Origin: Octopus sinensis
Taxonomy: Eukaryota
Direction: 5' to 3'
Length of the DNA: 64,000 bases
NCBI RefSeq assembly: GCF_006345805.1
Contig: NW_021834220.1
Coordinates: 1-64,000 of the forward strand
Shown: one piece after another, positions 1 to 11,955 of the stretch
How the letters are laid out: each line of letters opens with the position of its first letter
Numbering within the stretch: the first letter of the stretch is position 1
The notes under the pieces: model-generated
The model's input: only the letters and a program-made list of their open reading frames with translations
Told to the model about the DNA's origin: nothing
Databases searched by the model: none
Made by a program: the position numbers and the translations under genes

Positions 1-360
1 TTGTAAGGGAAAATAATAAGCATTTTTAGAGAGTTATAGCAAAAATAGCAAAAAAATGCATTAAAATGGAAAAAAATGATGGTAAATTTTTTTTAAATCG
101 TTGACTCATCGTAGACATTTTTAGAGAGTTACTTCCCTTATATAATAGCAAAAAAATGCATTAAAATGGAAAAAATGCTGGTAAATTATTTTAAAAATCG
201 TAGACTCATCGTAGACGCACGCTAATACCCAGAAGGGCTCGATATGAATCACGACTATAAGATACCCGGTTTTGGTTAAACTGCACCGCAAAATGTGGGA
301 GTAGTTAGGAATCTAAATCGTAGGAGACAGACACACAACTTCACTTTTATATATAAAGAT
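1..360 (-). mobile_element. Non-autonomous Helitron-like element, 5' end, with internal ~95-bp tandem repeat
   Basis: Minus strand begins A|TCTTTATATATAAAAGTGAAGTTGTGTGTCTGTC, resembling animal Helitron 5' termini (TC after A). A ~95-bp unit (gacatttttagagag...ctcatcgta) is repeated within 20-215. The element runs off the window. Confidence 0.55.
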
Positions 361-868
361 TTTGTGCAACAAATAAAACATTCGGTTGTGCAAATTGGTT
401 TGCACAGGAAACCTGCCCTGTGGGCGGTTTTGCCGTTTTTGTGGATCTGTTTCAGCTTTTTTAGCGATTTCTTGTTTTGCGACTTCAGCCATGAAGTCGT
501 TGTTCTAAAAGAACGCTGGTCTCCTTGACAACGCTTTACGACGTTGATTTCTTTACACTCCCTTCCCCACAGCTTCACGAGGGAGGGAAGAAGGGGGAGA
601 AGACAGGTGCAGGCGTGAGCGTGGACGCCAACTCCGCCGCCATCGACACACGAAAAAATATGCGTTAAAATGGAAAAAAATTATGGTAAATTATTTTTTA
701 GATCGTAGACTCATCGTAGACGCGCGCTAATACCCAAACGGGCTTGATATGAATCACGACTATAAGATACCCGAATTTGGTTAAACTGCACCGCAAAATG
801 TGGGAGTAGTTAGGAATCTAAATCGTAGGAGACAGACACTCACACAACTTCACTTATATATATATATA
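361..868 (-). mobile_element. Second, adjacent copy of the same Helitron-like element
   Basis: 655-860 is a near-identical copy of 150-350 (tcgtagactcatcgtagacg...taggagacagacac), arranged head-to-tail. Confidence 0.55.
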
Positions 869-1949
869 AATTGAGATAGGGGTTGTGAGTGCAACCCACC
901 ATGGGATAACATATATCCAATATGCTGCCAGTAAAGTACCCAACAAAGTTAATACATAAATGTTAAGAATTGCGATGCAATTAATTCATTTATTGTATTA
1001 TATGGGCAAAGGTAAAATGTTTTACCACAAATTGTATGTGTGTGTATGTATATATGTACATATATGTGTGCGTGGCTAATTTTGGGTATGGGTGTTTGTT
1101 TACATACATATATATATAGTTATAGATATATACGTGAGTAGTTATGTATGTAAGCATGTATGTGTGTATGTAGGCTTGTATTTCCTGTATTGTGATTTAT
1201 CCATGTATATATATGTGTAAACGCACACATACGTGTGTACGTATGTAAGTATTTCTTAACAAACCAACCGTAACTAAGAGAATTGAAATTCAAATGTGCC
1301 AGCCAATCGTATTGAGCTTTCGATCTTAAACTATCTCTAAACGTAATACTTTATACATATCACAGTAAAAAAATATGGTTGGCATTCGTTTATATTTGCT
1401 ATGATGTAAATTAATATTTTCCATTTTATATGTATTTGCCGATCTATAATGCTTTGCATTGTACTGTATTATTATTATTGTTGTTGTTGTTGTTGTTGTT
1501 GCTGTTGTTGTTGTTGTTGTTGCTGTTGTGTTACTCACCGCGTGATGCATACATTGTTTTGCTGGTATTATTGTTATTAATAATATTAATAATAATAATA
1601 ATATTAGTAGCAATAGTGGCAATGGTAATAATAATGATGGTAATATTAATGGCATTTTGTAACTTAATATAATGAACTCTTGACTTTGTATTTGTGCATT
1701 TGAATATAGATATGTGTATGTTTGAATATTGTAATATTCTAATATATTGTTTTGACCAACTGTAACCTTGAATATAGAACATATGTTTGTATATTGTTGT
1801 ATATTATTATTATTTATATGTATATATATATAGGAGTATGGGTATATGCACTCATATATATGTGTATATTATATATTATGGGTATGTACCCGTTCTTGTA
1901 TGGGTGTACCTCCTCTGATATTCATATTTAGTTTAGTTTGTACTTTATA

Positions 1950-2076
1950 ATCTCTGAAGAGGTCTTGGGATATTTTTGTAAGTGTCTCATTTATAACCAC
2001 ATATTAACTTATCACAACTGGCTAATATGAGCATAATGAGATACCCATATCTGCATGGCTGAAACAGCTGTAAGAT
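1950..2076 (+). ncRNA. Type I hammerhead ribozyme motif with long stem-loop II (HHR-A)
   Basis: ATCT-CTGAAGA(1954-1960)-GGTC...GGCT-GAAA(2061-2064)-CAGCTG-TA-AGAT. Stem I ATCT/AGAT, palindromic stem III, GUA cleavage triplet. Stem II is extended by tgggatat/ataccca and gtctcatt/aatgagat. Confidence 0.7.
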
Positions 2077-2335
2077 GTAGTTTATTATTTATATTTATTT
2101 ATACTCACTTATACATACTGTACTTATTGTATCATATTACTCATTGATGTGCATTGTTTTGTTCTATACTATTATGTTTGACCTTGATGTTCATATGTAG
2201 TGGTTTAATAAATTATGTGATTGGGTATTATCTGGTAGTTGATTATTGATTAAGGTGTATTTCTCCATTTTCTTATTTTATATTTATATATGAATAAATA
2301 AATAAATGGAGTTGAACGAAGATGTTAATAAAATT

Positions 2336-2419
2336 CCTTTCGACATATGTTTCAAAGGCAGCATGGTTTTATTCCAAAGGAATAAACGGTGTAAGATGCA
2401 ATCTTCTCATCAGGAAAGA
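2336..2419 (-). ncRNA. Type I hammerhead ribozyme motif with long stem-loop II (HHR-B)
   Basis: Minus strand TCTTTC-CTGATGA-GAAG...CTTT-GAAA-CATATG-TC-GAAAGG; 6-bp stem I, GUC triplet. Flanks are related to HHR-D/E (ttcgttcaactccatt). Confidence 0.8.
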
Positions 2420-2606
2420 AAGAGAGCCTCTCTCAACAAGAAGACATTGTAACATTTACGATGACTGCCTACATGATAAACACCTATCGATATATATATA
2501 TAAGTGTATTTATATATGTGCGCTCGCACGCGTGTATGCATGTTTGTATGTATATACGTATTTAACAATATTGCTACAATGTGGTCTTAATATATTATAC
2601 TATATT

Positions 2607-2812
2607 AAGGCGGCGAGCTGGCAGAATTGTTTGCATGCCGGGCAAAATGTTTAACGGTATTTCATCCTTCTTTACATTCTGACTTCAAAGTCCACCGAGG
2701 TCGGCTTTCGGCATCGATAAAATAAGTATCAGTTGAACACTGGAGTCGATGTTATCGACTCACTCCCGCCACTAAAATTGCTGGCCTGGTGCCAACATTT
2801 GAAACTAATATA
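2607..2812 (+). mobile_element. tRNA-derived SINE, family A (Nin/Deu-like core), diverged
   Basis: aaggcggcgagctggcagaa head and gaggtcg...tcgataaaataagta core, shared with many copies in the window. Confidence 0.75.
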
Positions 2813-2977
2813 TTAAGCTATGTTGTGTTCCTAATTTAAATATCCAGTAGGATATTCATGTTGTGCACACAGAGAAAACCACTCCTACGAGTATTTAGCG
2901 CCTAGGGGCTGGTCCAAAATACACGTTGCGTTGATCATACGTTTATCCATCTTCTGTTATTGTTCATTTCTTACATA

Positions 2978-3839
2978 TACTGGGTGCGGCGAATAAAGTG
3001 TCTAAATTATGCCAAAAGGAAAATAATACAGACATCTCATCTTAACAGATATATTTACCAAAATTACATAAACATATCTTGAAATATTAAATATATTCAA
3101 CTACGGCCTCCAGACGACCTCGGAATATCCTACAACTCTTCTGGACGGTCTCCTTGTTTAAGTTGGTGAATGCTTCCACAATCCTTGCCTTCAGTTCATC
3201 TTTGGTATTACAAGAAGTTTTGTTGGTCTCTCGCTCAACTGTGCCCCACACATAGTAATCAAGGGGGTTGCAGTATGGGGAGTTAGGTGTCCAGATGTTA
3301 GGGATGGTGTGGTCGCAGATATTGTCTAACAGCCATAATTGTGTTCTCCTGCTTGTGTGGCATGGTGCAGAGTTCTGTTGCCAGACATAAGGTCTTCCAG
3401 CATCCACCCTCTTGGCCCAGGGCAGCACTACCTCCTCTATGCACTTGATGTAGGCCTCTGTGTTGAGTGTGAGGTCGTGTGGGAAGATAAAGGGAAGCAT
3501 AACGTCACCATCACTAGTGATCACTTCAAACATCAAGATGTTGATTGCATGTCTGATTTTTATCATTCTCAGTACATGCCCTCAGATTGCACTGTCCTTA
3601 GATTGACACTCAAATACTCTGAAATGTTCGTATTGGAGCTTCCGGCTTGAATGCCAAGCAGTACAGCATATCGTTTCCAAGTTTCTGGTAGAGTGAATTG
3701 CATCAAGGTACTGTTTTTCTTACAGAGAGTGCCCAACTGACCCTACTATACTGTATAGTCGACAGAATTAAAAGAGAAACAATGCTGCATACGCGAAATT
3801 AAACATAAAATGGGGATAATTTACCCATTGCACCCTGTA
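2978..3839 (-). mobile_element. Internally deleted Tc1/mariner element, DD37D (maT) type; transposase pseudogene at 3087-3566
   Basis: WQQ(N)SAPCH...WTPNSPYCNPLDYYVWG has 37 residues between the 2nd (mutated D>N) and 3rd catalytic positions. Termini TACTGGGTGC.../...GCACCCTGTA with TA. Confidence 0.85.
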
Positions 3840-3849
3840 CACACACACA

Positions 3850-3958
3850 CACATAAGGTCTTCCAGTATCCCCCCTCTTGGCCCAGGGCAGCACTACCTC
3901 CTCCAGGCACTTAATGTAGGCCTCCGTGTTGAGTGTGAGGCGGTATGGGAAGATGAAT
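3850..3958 (-). pseudogene. Second fragment of the maT transposase
   Basis: Diverged duplicate of 3385-3490 (LTLNTEAYIKCLEEVVLPWAKR). Confidence 0.8.
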
Positions 3959-4407
3959 GTATATATGGATGTTACTCTGTGTGTGAGCGTGTATGTTAGC
4001 GCAAGCAGGTATGTACATCTTTCAGGAATGGCAAACATCAATGACAAATTTGAAACACCTACTCTTCGAAGGAAGTGCTTTCCAATATTTGTTCTGCATC
4101 GATTCACAGAAACTCCCTTGTCACTCAGGCCATCAGCATTTCCATGAATGAAGGATTAGGTCCATTGCGAATCAGTAACCAACGATGTTATACTTCACCA
4201 ATACAATGCCTATAATGTAAAAACGTATAATTCCATTTTGTATATATTGTGACAAGAAATATATTTCTACATATATATATAGACACACACGCGCATAAAA
4301 ACGCGCGCAAAAGTATAAAGCCATTTATATGTGTATGAGTGTGTAGTGTGAGTGTGTGTGTGTGTGTTTGCACATGCATATATATATATGTATATATATA
4401 TATGTGT

Positions 4408-4491
<84 letters not shown>

Positions 4492-4742
4492 GACATATAT
4501 ATGTCTATATATATGTCTATATACGATGCACCGTTTGCTGGTGGCAAAAAAATTCTGCGAAATTTTTTGCCACCCTATATTGATTAATTATGAATTTTCT
4601 GGTTAATTCCGTAATGGAATCGGCGGCTTATATTTGCTGCCGATAAATTTGGCGCGAGTGCGATGATTTGAAAATGTTAGGTCAGATATTGCTGAGACAG
4701 TGGTGAAAGTGCCTCGTGTAAATATCTGCTCCGACCTGGCCG

Positions 4743-4847
4743 TTCTTTACTGATGAATCTATCGGCCTATGGAAGACTAGCTTGATTTAATTTAATCAGG
4801 TTGGTTTACCATTAAACAATAGAAGAAACGGTGCATCGTATAAAGAA
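4743..4847 (+). ncRNA. Type I hammerhead ribozyme motif with long loop II (HHR-C)
   Basis: TTCTTTA-CTGATGA(4750-4756)-aTCTAT...ATAGAa-GAAA(4825-4828)-CGGTGCATCG-TA-TAAAGAA. Perfect 7-bp stem I and near-palindromic stem III; the first stem II pair is an A.A mismatch. Confidence 0.55.
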
Positions 4848-4999
4848 TTACAGGGTAAATGTTTTTTTAATTTTCTCCTGGTTTACGGAATTAATGTTGT
4901 TTTGCGGTTGAAGCTTTGGCTGTTATTTCTAGTGGGTGAATGGCTTATTATGGCCGTTCCTTGATTTTGCTATAAACATATATATATATATATATAAAC

Positions 5000-5062
<63 letters not shown>

Positions 5063-5286
5063 TCGTGTGTGTGTGTGTGTATACATACGTCCATACATGC
5101 ATATATATATATATATACAAACATGCGTTCAGAGGCACACGCACGCACACACAAACATGCACACACACACATGCACACACACACGTACACATATCTACAA
5201 TGTGCGCATGTAAAAGATAAAAGAGGAGAGGCAAGGAGCGAGAAAGAAAGAGAGAGAGAAAGAGAGACAGAAAGAAAGAGAGAGAG

Positions 5287-5348
<62 letters not shown>

Positions 5349-5623
5349 TCCGATAAGGTTTGACAGTATTGCCTCTACCTGTGTAAATCAAGCAGTTAAA
5401 GTGTTGCTAATGCAATTAAAACTATCTTACGGTCAATAAATTAAAAAGTCTTCTTTGAAGATAAGGGTTCGGTATTTCAATAAACAGTGCGAGGTGTCGC
5501 TTCTTGTTGCATGCTTCATTAAAAACAACTCAGCCATACCACGTAAATGAGGTGGACGCCCTCTCTCTCTCTCTCTTCTTCCGCCTTTCGTTTCTCCTCT
5601 CTTCGCTATTTACTTTCATCAAA

Positions 5624-5717
<94 letters not shown>

Positions 5718-5823
5718 GCTAGCTAGCGGTTTGTCTGTCTGTCTATGTGTGTATATGTATATGCTTGTGTTGATGAGTGTGCATGAAGGTACATATGTGT
5801 ATATGCGTATTTATATATGTAGG

Positions 5824-5864
<41 letters not shown>

Positions 5865-6385
5865 GTGCGTGCGTGTATAAATATTACGTGTACTCGTACA
5901 AGTATATATGTTCATGCATACGCACACACAAATATTCATATATACTTACACATATGCATGTATATATACTTACACACACACATATATTCTTATATACTTG
6001 TATACACATATCTTTATAATTATATATATATATATATATACCCAGGTGGTGCTATTAAGTTAGACAGGGACTGAGGCAATACTGGCCGAAACCTATATAT
6101 ATATTATATGTATGTACGTATGTATGTATGTATGTATGTATGTATGTATGTATGTATGTATGTATGTATGTATGTATGTATGTATGTGTGTGTGCATATA
6201 ATTATTTACACACACATATTCATACATATATATATATATGCATATATATGCATATATATGCATATATATATGCATATATATGCATATATATGCATATATA
6301 TATGCATAAATATACGTATAAATATACGTATTTCGTTTATGGATTTGGTTTGCAAGATTCTTTATATGAGTTCGTGTGTTGAAGC

Positions 6386-6558
6386 ATATTCTGTTGTGTC
6401 TGGGGAGAGTCATTTTCTTTTTGTGTCTTATAATTTAACACACTCACCGGAAAATTTTAAGAAAATAAAAATAAGAAATAGGTGGAAATTTTACCGGTGA
6501 GTGTGTTAAATTATAAGGCACAAAAAGAAAATGTCTCTCCCCAAACACAACAGAATAT
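6386..6558. repeat. Inverted repeat, 65-bp arms (6386-6450 / 6494-6558)
   Basis: Arms are reverse-complementary with about 3 mismatches. A related single-copy sequence lies at ~47105-47195. Confidence 0.9.
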
Positions 6559-6595
6559 AAATATGTAAATATATGAATAAATACATATGCATCTG

Positions 6596-6637
<42 letters not shown>

Positions 6638-6700
6638 CCATGGGCTCCTTGAGAGCAGTCAGCAAAAAGTTTTTTGTGCGTTTTGATGTCGACATAAGTT

Positions 6701-6795
6701 CCTTGATTTTCCTGATGAGAAATCTGCATAATGTACTCCTTATTCCTTCAGAATTAGGAATATGCAGCCTTCGAAACACATGTCGAGAATAAAGG
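6701..6795 (+). ncRNA. Type I hammerhead ribozyme motif with long stem-loop II (HHR-D)
   Basis: CCTTGATTTTC-CTGATGA(6712-6718)-GAA..CTGCATA...TATGCAG..TTC-GAAA(6773-6776)-CACATG-TC-GAGAATAAAGG; predicted cleavage after C6784. Confidence 0.85.
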
Positions 6796-7045
6796 ATATT
6801 TGTTAACTAGTCGTTCAACTCCATTCTTTCATATACTTATAATTTTAAAATAAACATACAAATTTCCGCACGAAGACACGTAGTCTATGCCCTATAGACG
6901 TAACTTCAACCGTGTTCTTTCTGATGTGAATTTGCTACCCAGGTATCGGTTATCTTTCGAATTATCCTTAATAAGATAATTCATTCAATTATATATATAT
7001 ATTCATTACAACTGAAGTTTTCTTTTTTGGTTTTATATTGCATAT

Positions 7046-7448
7046 AGCTGCCTTCGTTATGCTATATATCTATACTATAATGGAAGGAGGAGGTAACTCC
7101 CGTTGTTTGTTTATTTGTTCGTTTGTCCGTGGCTAAAATATCCCAAGAACCGCTGGATAGATTCAGATGAAACTTTTAGGGATGTTTGGCTTCGTGATTG
7201 GCACGAATTGATTAGATTTGGGAATCGATCCGCGGTACCGGACAAGGATTCTGGATCATTTACCCTGTTTCTTTCTCGTTTTTTTTTTACTTAATCTTTG
7301 GGAGCGGTAGGGTTCATTTTTAGTATTTTCTTATGTTAGAGCAGTCGAGTTTATTTCAGATATTCTCATTTAAAAAATCATCTCTGGCTAATCGTTGAGA
7401 GGACATTGGTGTTGCCTTGGCGGAGGTTTGCACTCTCTGAGTGCTCTT
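7046..7448 (+). mobile_element. Helentron-associated non-autonomous element (HINE/DINE-1-like)
   Basis: ggaggt..(gttt)n..ggatagattcagatgaaactt body, 3' subterminal CCTTGGCGGAGGT and terminal hairpin GCACTC-tct-GAGTGC. Confidence 0.65.
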
Positions 7449-8349
7449 ATAAGGTATGTAACGATTACTAACAGTACTAACAGAAAGTAATTACTAAAGG
7501 CTTGACCTTCTGGAAATATTTTTATAAGTTCATGTTCTAAGAAATTTCCTATAATTTCGATTTCTCAAGTTTATTGGATATTTTAACTCCAATTTCTCGC
7601 AAATTTAAATATTCATTGCATTCATAGCGTCCAATTCTTTACAAATTTATATACTCATTGCATTCACAGCGGAGTATTCTATTTTCATTTGCAAAGTCTC
7701 TCACTTTCTCTTTTAAGTTTTAATTCGCTATTAACGTATTTGTAATATAAAAACATTATTTATTGAATGAAAATTAAAAAAATACCCGTATAATTTTTGA
7801 ACGCGGGATAGCTGTGAGTAGAGACTAGAAAGTTGGGCAATTACTATTAGAAGAGAATGACAAAAAAAAAAGAAAAAAAAAGCAAAGCGTTTCCAAAAAG
7901 TAATGGAAACTTGCACCCTATTCACATATAAGCATATCGCCCGGAGTGCTAACGTTTCTGCCAGCTCGCGCCCTAAAGATGATATGAATAGTAATAATAT
8001 GAATAATAACATATGTTTTCTCTTTTATTTTTTTTAGTTGTTTCTGTTATTTGACTGCGCCCATGTTGGGGCAACACCTTGAAGCGTTTTGTCGAACAAA
8101 TCGACCCTTAGTATTTACCTCTTTTTTTTTTTTAGTCAGATACTTATTCTATCGTTCTGTTTTGCAGAGATGGCTGAATGGTTAAGAAACTCGCTTTGCA
8201 AATACGTTATATCAGGGGTTCAATCCCACTGCACGGTAATTTTTGGCAAATATCTTCTGTTATCATCACGTGCCAACCAATGCATTGGGAGTGAATTTTG
8301 TAGACGGAAACTGTGTGGAAACTTGTCGTATACATATATACATATATGC

Positions 8350-8390
<41 letters not shown>

Positions 8391-8498
8391 CCTTCCACCG
8401 CTTGAAAACCGGGTGCTGAGTTGTTTACGTCACCGTAACTTTGCATTTCAGCAAAAAAAAAAAAATGATAGATTAAGGGGCGATTTGTTCTACAAAAC

Positions 8499-8744
8499 TA
8501 GTGGTTCACATGACCTTTGGTGGCCCACATGACACTTGTGGGTCCATAGAAGATTTTAGTGTTAAAGTTTACGTCTAATAAATTAATTATATTTCTACAA
8601 TACTTAAATATTTTTAACAATTTCTTATACAATTCCTGGTAGTATTTTATTATACAAATATAACAAGATTTTTTAAACATAGGGTCCAGTAAAGTTAACA
8701 TAGAAATCAAAGGGTCCATAAACAAAAATGGCTGAGAACCTCTA
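8499..8744. mobile_element. hAT-type MITE interrupting a family B SINE
   Basis: Degenerate TIRs tagtggttc.../...ggctgagaacctcta. SINE B sequence (8170-8495) resumes at ~8745-8810. Confidence 0.55.
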
Positions 8745-8811
8745 AACGAAGCGCTTCAAGGTGGTGCCCCAGCATGTCCGCAGTTCAACGATTGAAAGAG
8801 GAAAGAGCAAG

Positions 8812-10490
8812 ATACCGGACTTGTTCACCAATGTCTTGTTAAATGGGTGCTGGAACTAGCAGGAGGGCGGGAGAAATCTCATTTCAGGGATCTATATATT
8901 GGCTGCGAAACTGAAGAAAAAGGCGAACGAGGAATAAGGGGTATTATTGATAATTTCTGGCCCATAGTTCTGATGAACGATGATGAAAGATTTTGGTCAA
9001 AGTTCTAGTGAATAGGTTGGCACTTGTCCTTTGCAGTTTGGTCAGTGATGCATTGACTTGCGCGATCCTAAAGATGTCTATCAACGATAACATCCACTTT
9101 ATTGCAATAGATCGTAAAAAAGCATCGCTAGACTAACCATTAAGTAAAATAAGTACGTGCTTAGAGTATCAAACTAAAGGTAGGCACCACAGAAATGGTA
9201 AATTGTTGACGGTAAAAAAGAAATCACTTTAAACTTGCTAAAATGATATTCGAAGTGGTTTATACGATTGTGAGTTCATGATGCTAGAGTGAAGATCTCG
9301 TCAAGGACTTTTCATATATAAATAAAGTTGTTGAGACCCCTTCGGTCACGACATAGACCATAGGATTGCACCTAAAAAGTTACCCTCCCAGGCACAAGTC
9401 CGGGCAAGGTTGTTTATGGAAGACCAGCAGTCGCCCATGCATACCGGCGTCCCCTGTCCACGCCACCAGTGTTATCCAAGGGAAAGACAAAGGGGCTGAT
9501 ACAGCTTGGCACCTGCGACGTCGCAACTCATTTCTACAGCTGAGTAAACTGGAGCAACGTGAAATAAAGTGTGTTGCTCAAGAACACAACACACAGCCCG
9601 GTTTGGGATTCGAACTCACAACCTCACGATCGTAAGCTCGACGCTCTAACCATTGAACCATGTAAAAGTATACAAAAATAAACATTATTTTCCATCTTAC
9701 TATTAGCTTTGTTTAATTTTGAGAAATAAAAATTTCTATTTTGACTCATTATTATCTATATTTTGCATTACATATAAATAGGGGCACCAAAATCTTTTCA
9801 GGTCTTAGGGCTTCAATGGGTCCTGATCCGTCCCTGGTAAAAAGGTTGGTTACTGTTATGCTCATGTGAACTCAGATCAGTCGGAAGCTTTTGATCTGAT
9901 CACCCATTGCTACTTGTTGGTTATCCTTAAAACAGCCGGTTTAAAACAGCAAATATCTCCTACTATAGCCTCGGGCCGACTAAACCTTATGAGTGACTTT
10001 GTTTGACGGAAACTGAAAGAAGCCCGTCGTACATATTTTATACGTTTCAATCCAAAGGCTGTGACCATGTTAGAGCACACATAAATGTGTGTGTGTGTTT
10101 GTGTCTGTCCCCCACCACGCTTTATATGTTGATGTGTTTACGTCCCCGTAACTTATCATTTCGGCAAAAGACAATGGTAGAATATGTACCAGGCTTAAAA
10201 CATAAGAAAGTACTGTTACCGATTCTTCGAGGCTGTGCCCCAGCATGCCGCAGTCTTAGCCTGTCAATAATGTTCCTTCTCACTCGTTTGGCGTGTGCTA
10301 GCTCTCGTACCAGTTCTTCAGATTCTGGAGGTGTCGAGGGGCAACCTGTTCGAGGTGGCGCACGGCAACAGAGCCCTGTCAGCATATACAGGCCACATTT
10401 CCGCAATGTTGTCTAAGACCATGAATATCAAAGTGATGGGCATTGACCTAAATGAATACGGGAGGGTGGCCGGAGTAAACATTAACCCGA
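8812..10490 (+). pseudogene. Highly decayed L1/Tx1-like reverse transcriptase in three pieces (8812-9110, 9835-9945, 10270-10490), split by SINEs
   Basis: Collinear RT motifs: IDNFWPIVLMN (NxRPIxLLN), DQSEAFD..H (DxxKAFD), VLALVPVL...SAYTGHI (decayed YADD), EYGRVAGVNIN (G.KIN). Confidence 0.65.
9336..9662 (-). mobile_element. tRNA-derived SINE, family C
   Basis: Minus-strand A/B-box head (tggttagagcg...gttcgaatccc), gtgttcttgagcaa core. Copies at 28075, 47360 and 61360. Confidence 0.85.
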
Positions 10491-11180
10491 TAAATCATAG
10501 GGTTTGCAGTTCTACACCTGAGGATGCAAGTCCACTCTGTTGGACAATGTTGTGGAGTGTTGGACACTTTCATGCGCATTTCATGCGCTTATCAAAACAC
10601 AATAAAGTTCATAATGTGGTAAGAAGCTTGCATTCCAAACACATGAGCCAGTACTTTCGGTGGAGGGATTAAGTCGATAACATCCACCCCAGTACTCAAC
10701 TGTTACTTACTTTATCGACCCCTAAACGATGAAAAGTAAAGTCGACCTCTGCGGAATTTGAATTCGGAATGTAAAGTCGGACGAACTGCCGTTAAACATT
10801 TTATCCGGCATGCCAACGATTCTACCAGCTCACTGCCATCTTAAAGTCCAGTAATATAATTGAAATTATTCATGTCAGTCACGTTGAGGGTTCGATTTGT
10901 CACTGAAGAGGTTAAGCACTTTCGGCTTGCAACAGTTTAAGTTGAAAAAATTATGGCATCGAACTAATCAGTATAGGAAGGCCATTGGAGGAAGGCCATG
11001 GATGGAAATCCGTCTTCTGACCAAACTTAGAAAAAGAAAAAAAAAAAGGGCATGTATCTTGATACATACTAACAAGTATAATCAGGCATAGTATGTCTTA
11101 CGTCGGAAATTGGTTCCGAGTTGTGCGAATTAACTAGAAAAGCGACGTAACACGATAGTCATTATTATTAATATTTCATT

Positions 11181-11955
11181 CAAGGTGGCGAGCTGGCAGT
11201 ATCGTTACCACGCCGGGCGAAATGCTTAGCGGTATTTCGTCTGCCACTACGTTCTGAGTTCAAATTCCGCCGAGGTCGACTTTGCCTTTCATCCTTTCAG
11301 GGTCGATTAAATAAGTACTAGTTACGCACTGGGGTCGATGTAATCGACTTAATCCGTTTGTCTGTCCTTGTTTGTCTTCTCTGTGTTTAGCCCCTTGTGA
11401 GTAGTAAAGAAATAGGTATTTCGTCTGCCGCTACGTGCTGAGTTCAAATTCTGCCGAAGTCGACTTCGCCTTTCATCCTTTCGGGCTCGATTAAATAAGT
11501 ACCAGTTTCACACTGGGGTCTATATAATCGACTTAATCCGTTTGTCTGTCCTTGTTGTCCCCTCTGAGTATAGCCCCTTGTGGGTAGTAAAGAAATAGGT
11601 ATTTCGTCTGCCGCTACGTGCTGAGTTCAAATTCTGCCGAAGTCGACTTTGCCTTTCATCCTTTCGGGCTCGATTAAATAAGTACCAGTTTCACACTGGG
11701 GTCTATATAATCGACTTAATCCGTTTGTCTGTCCTTGTTTGTCCCCTCTGAGTATAGCCCCTTGTGGGTAGTAAAGAAATAGAAATAGGTATTTCGTCTG
11801 CCGTTACGTTCTGAGTTCAAATTACGCCGAGGTCGACTTTGCTTCTCATCCTTTTGGGGTGGATAAATTAAGTACCAGTTGCGTACTGGTGTCGATATAA
11901 TCGACTGGTCCCCTCATCCAAAATTTCGGGCCTTGTGCCTAGAGTATAAAAGAAT
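11181..11955 (+). mobile_element. Tandem multimer of family A SINE (four core units)
   Basis: ~185-bp unit ggtatttcgtctgcc...gtaaagaaata is repeated; the last unit has a different tail (aaaatttcgggccttgtgcctagag). Confidence 0.9.

Noticed and set aside
11181-11955. CRISPR-like regular repeats
   Set aside because: The units are whole ~185-bp SINE modules with no unique spacers, in a eukaryotic context with no cas genes.
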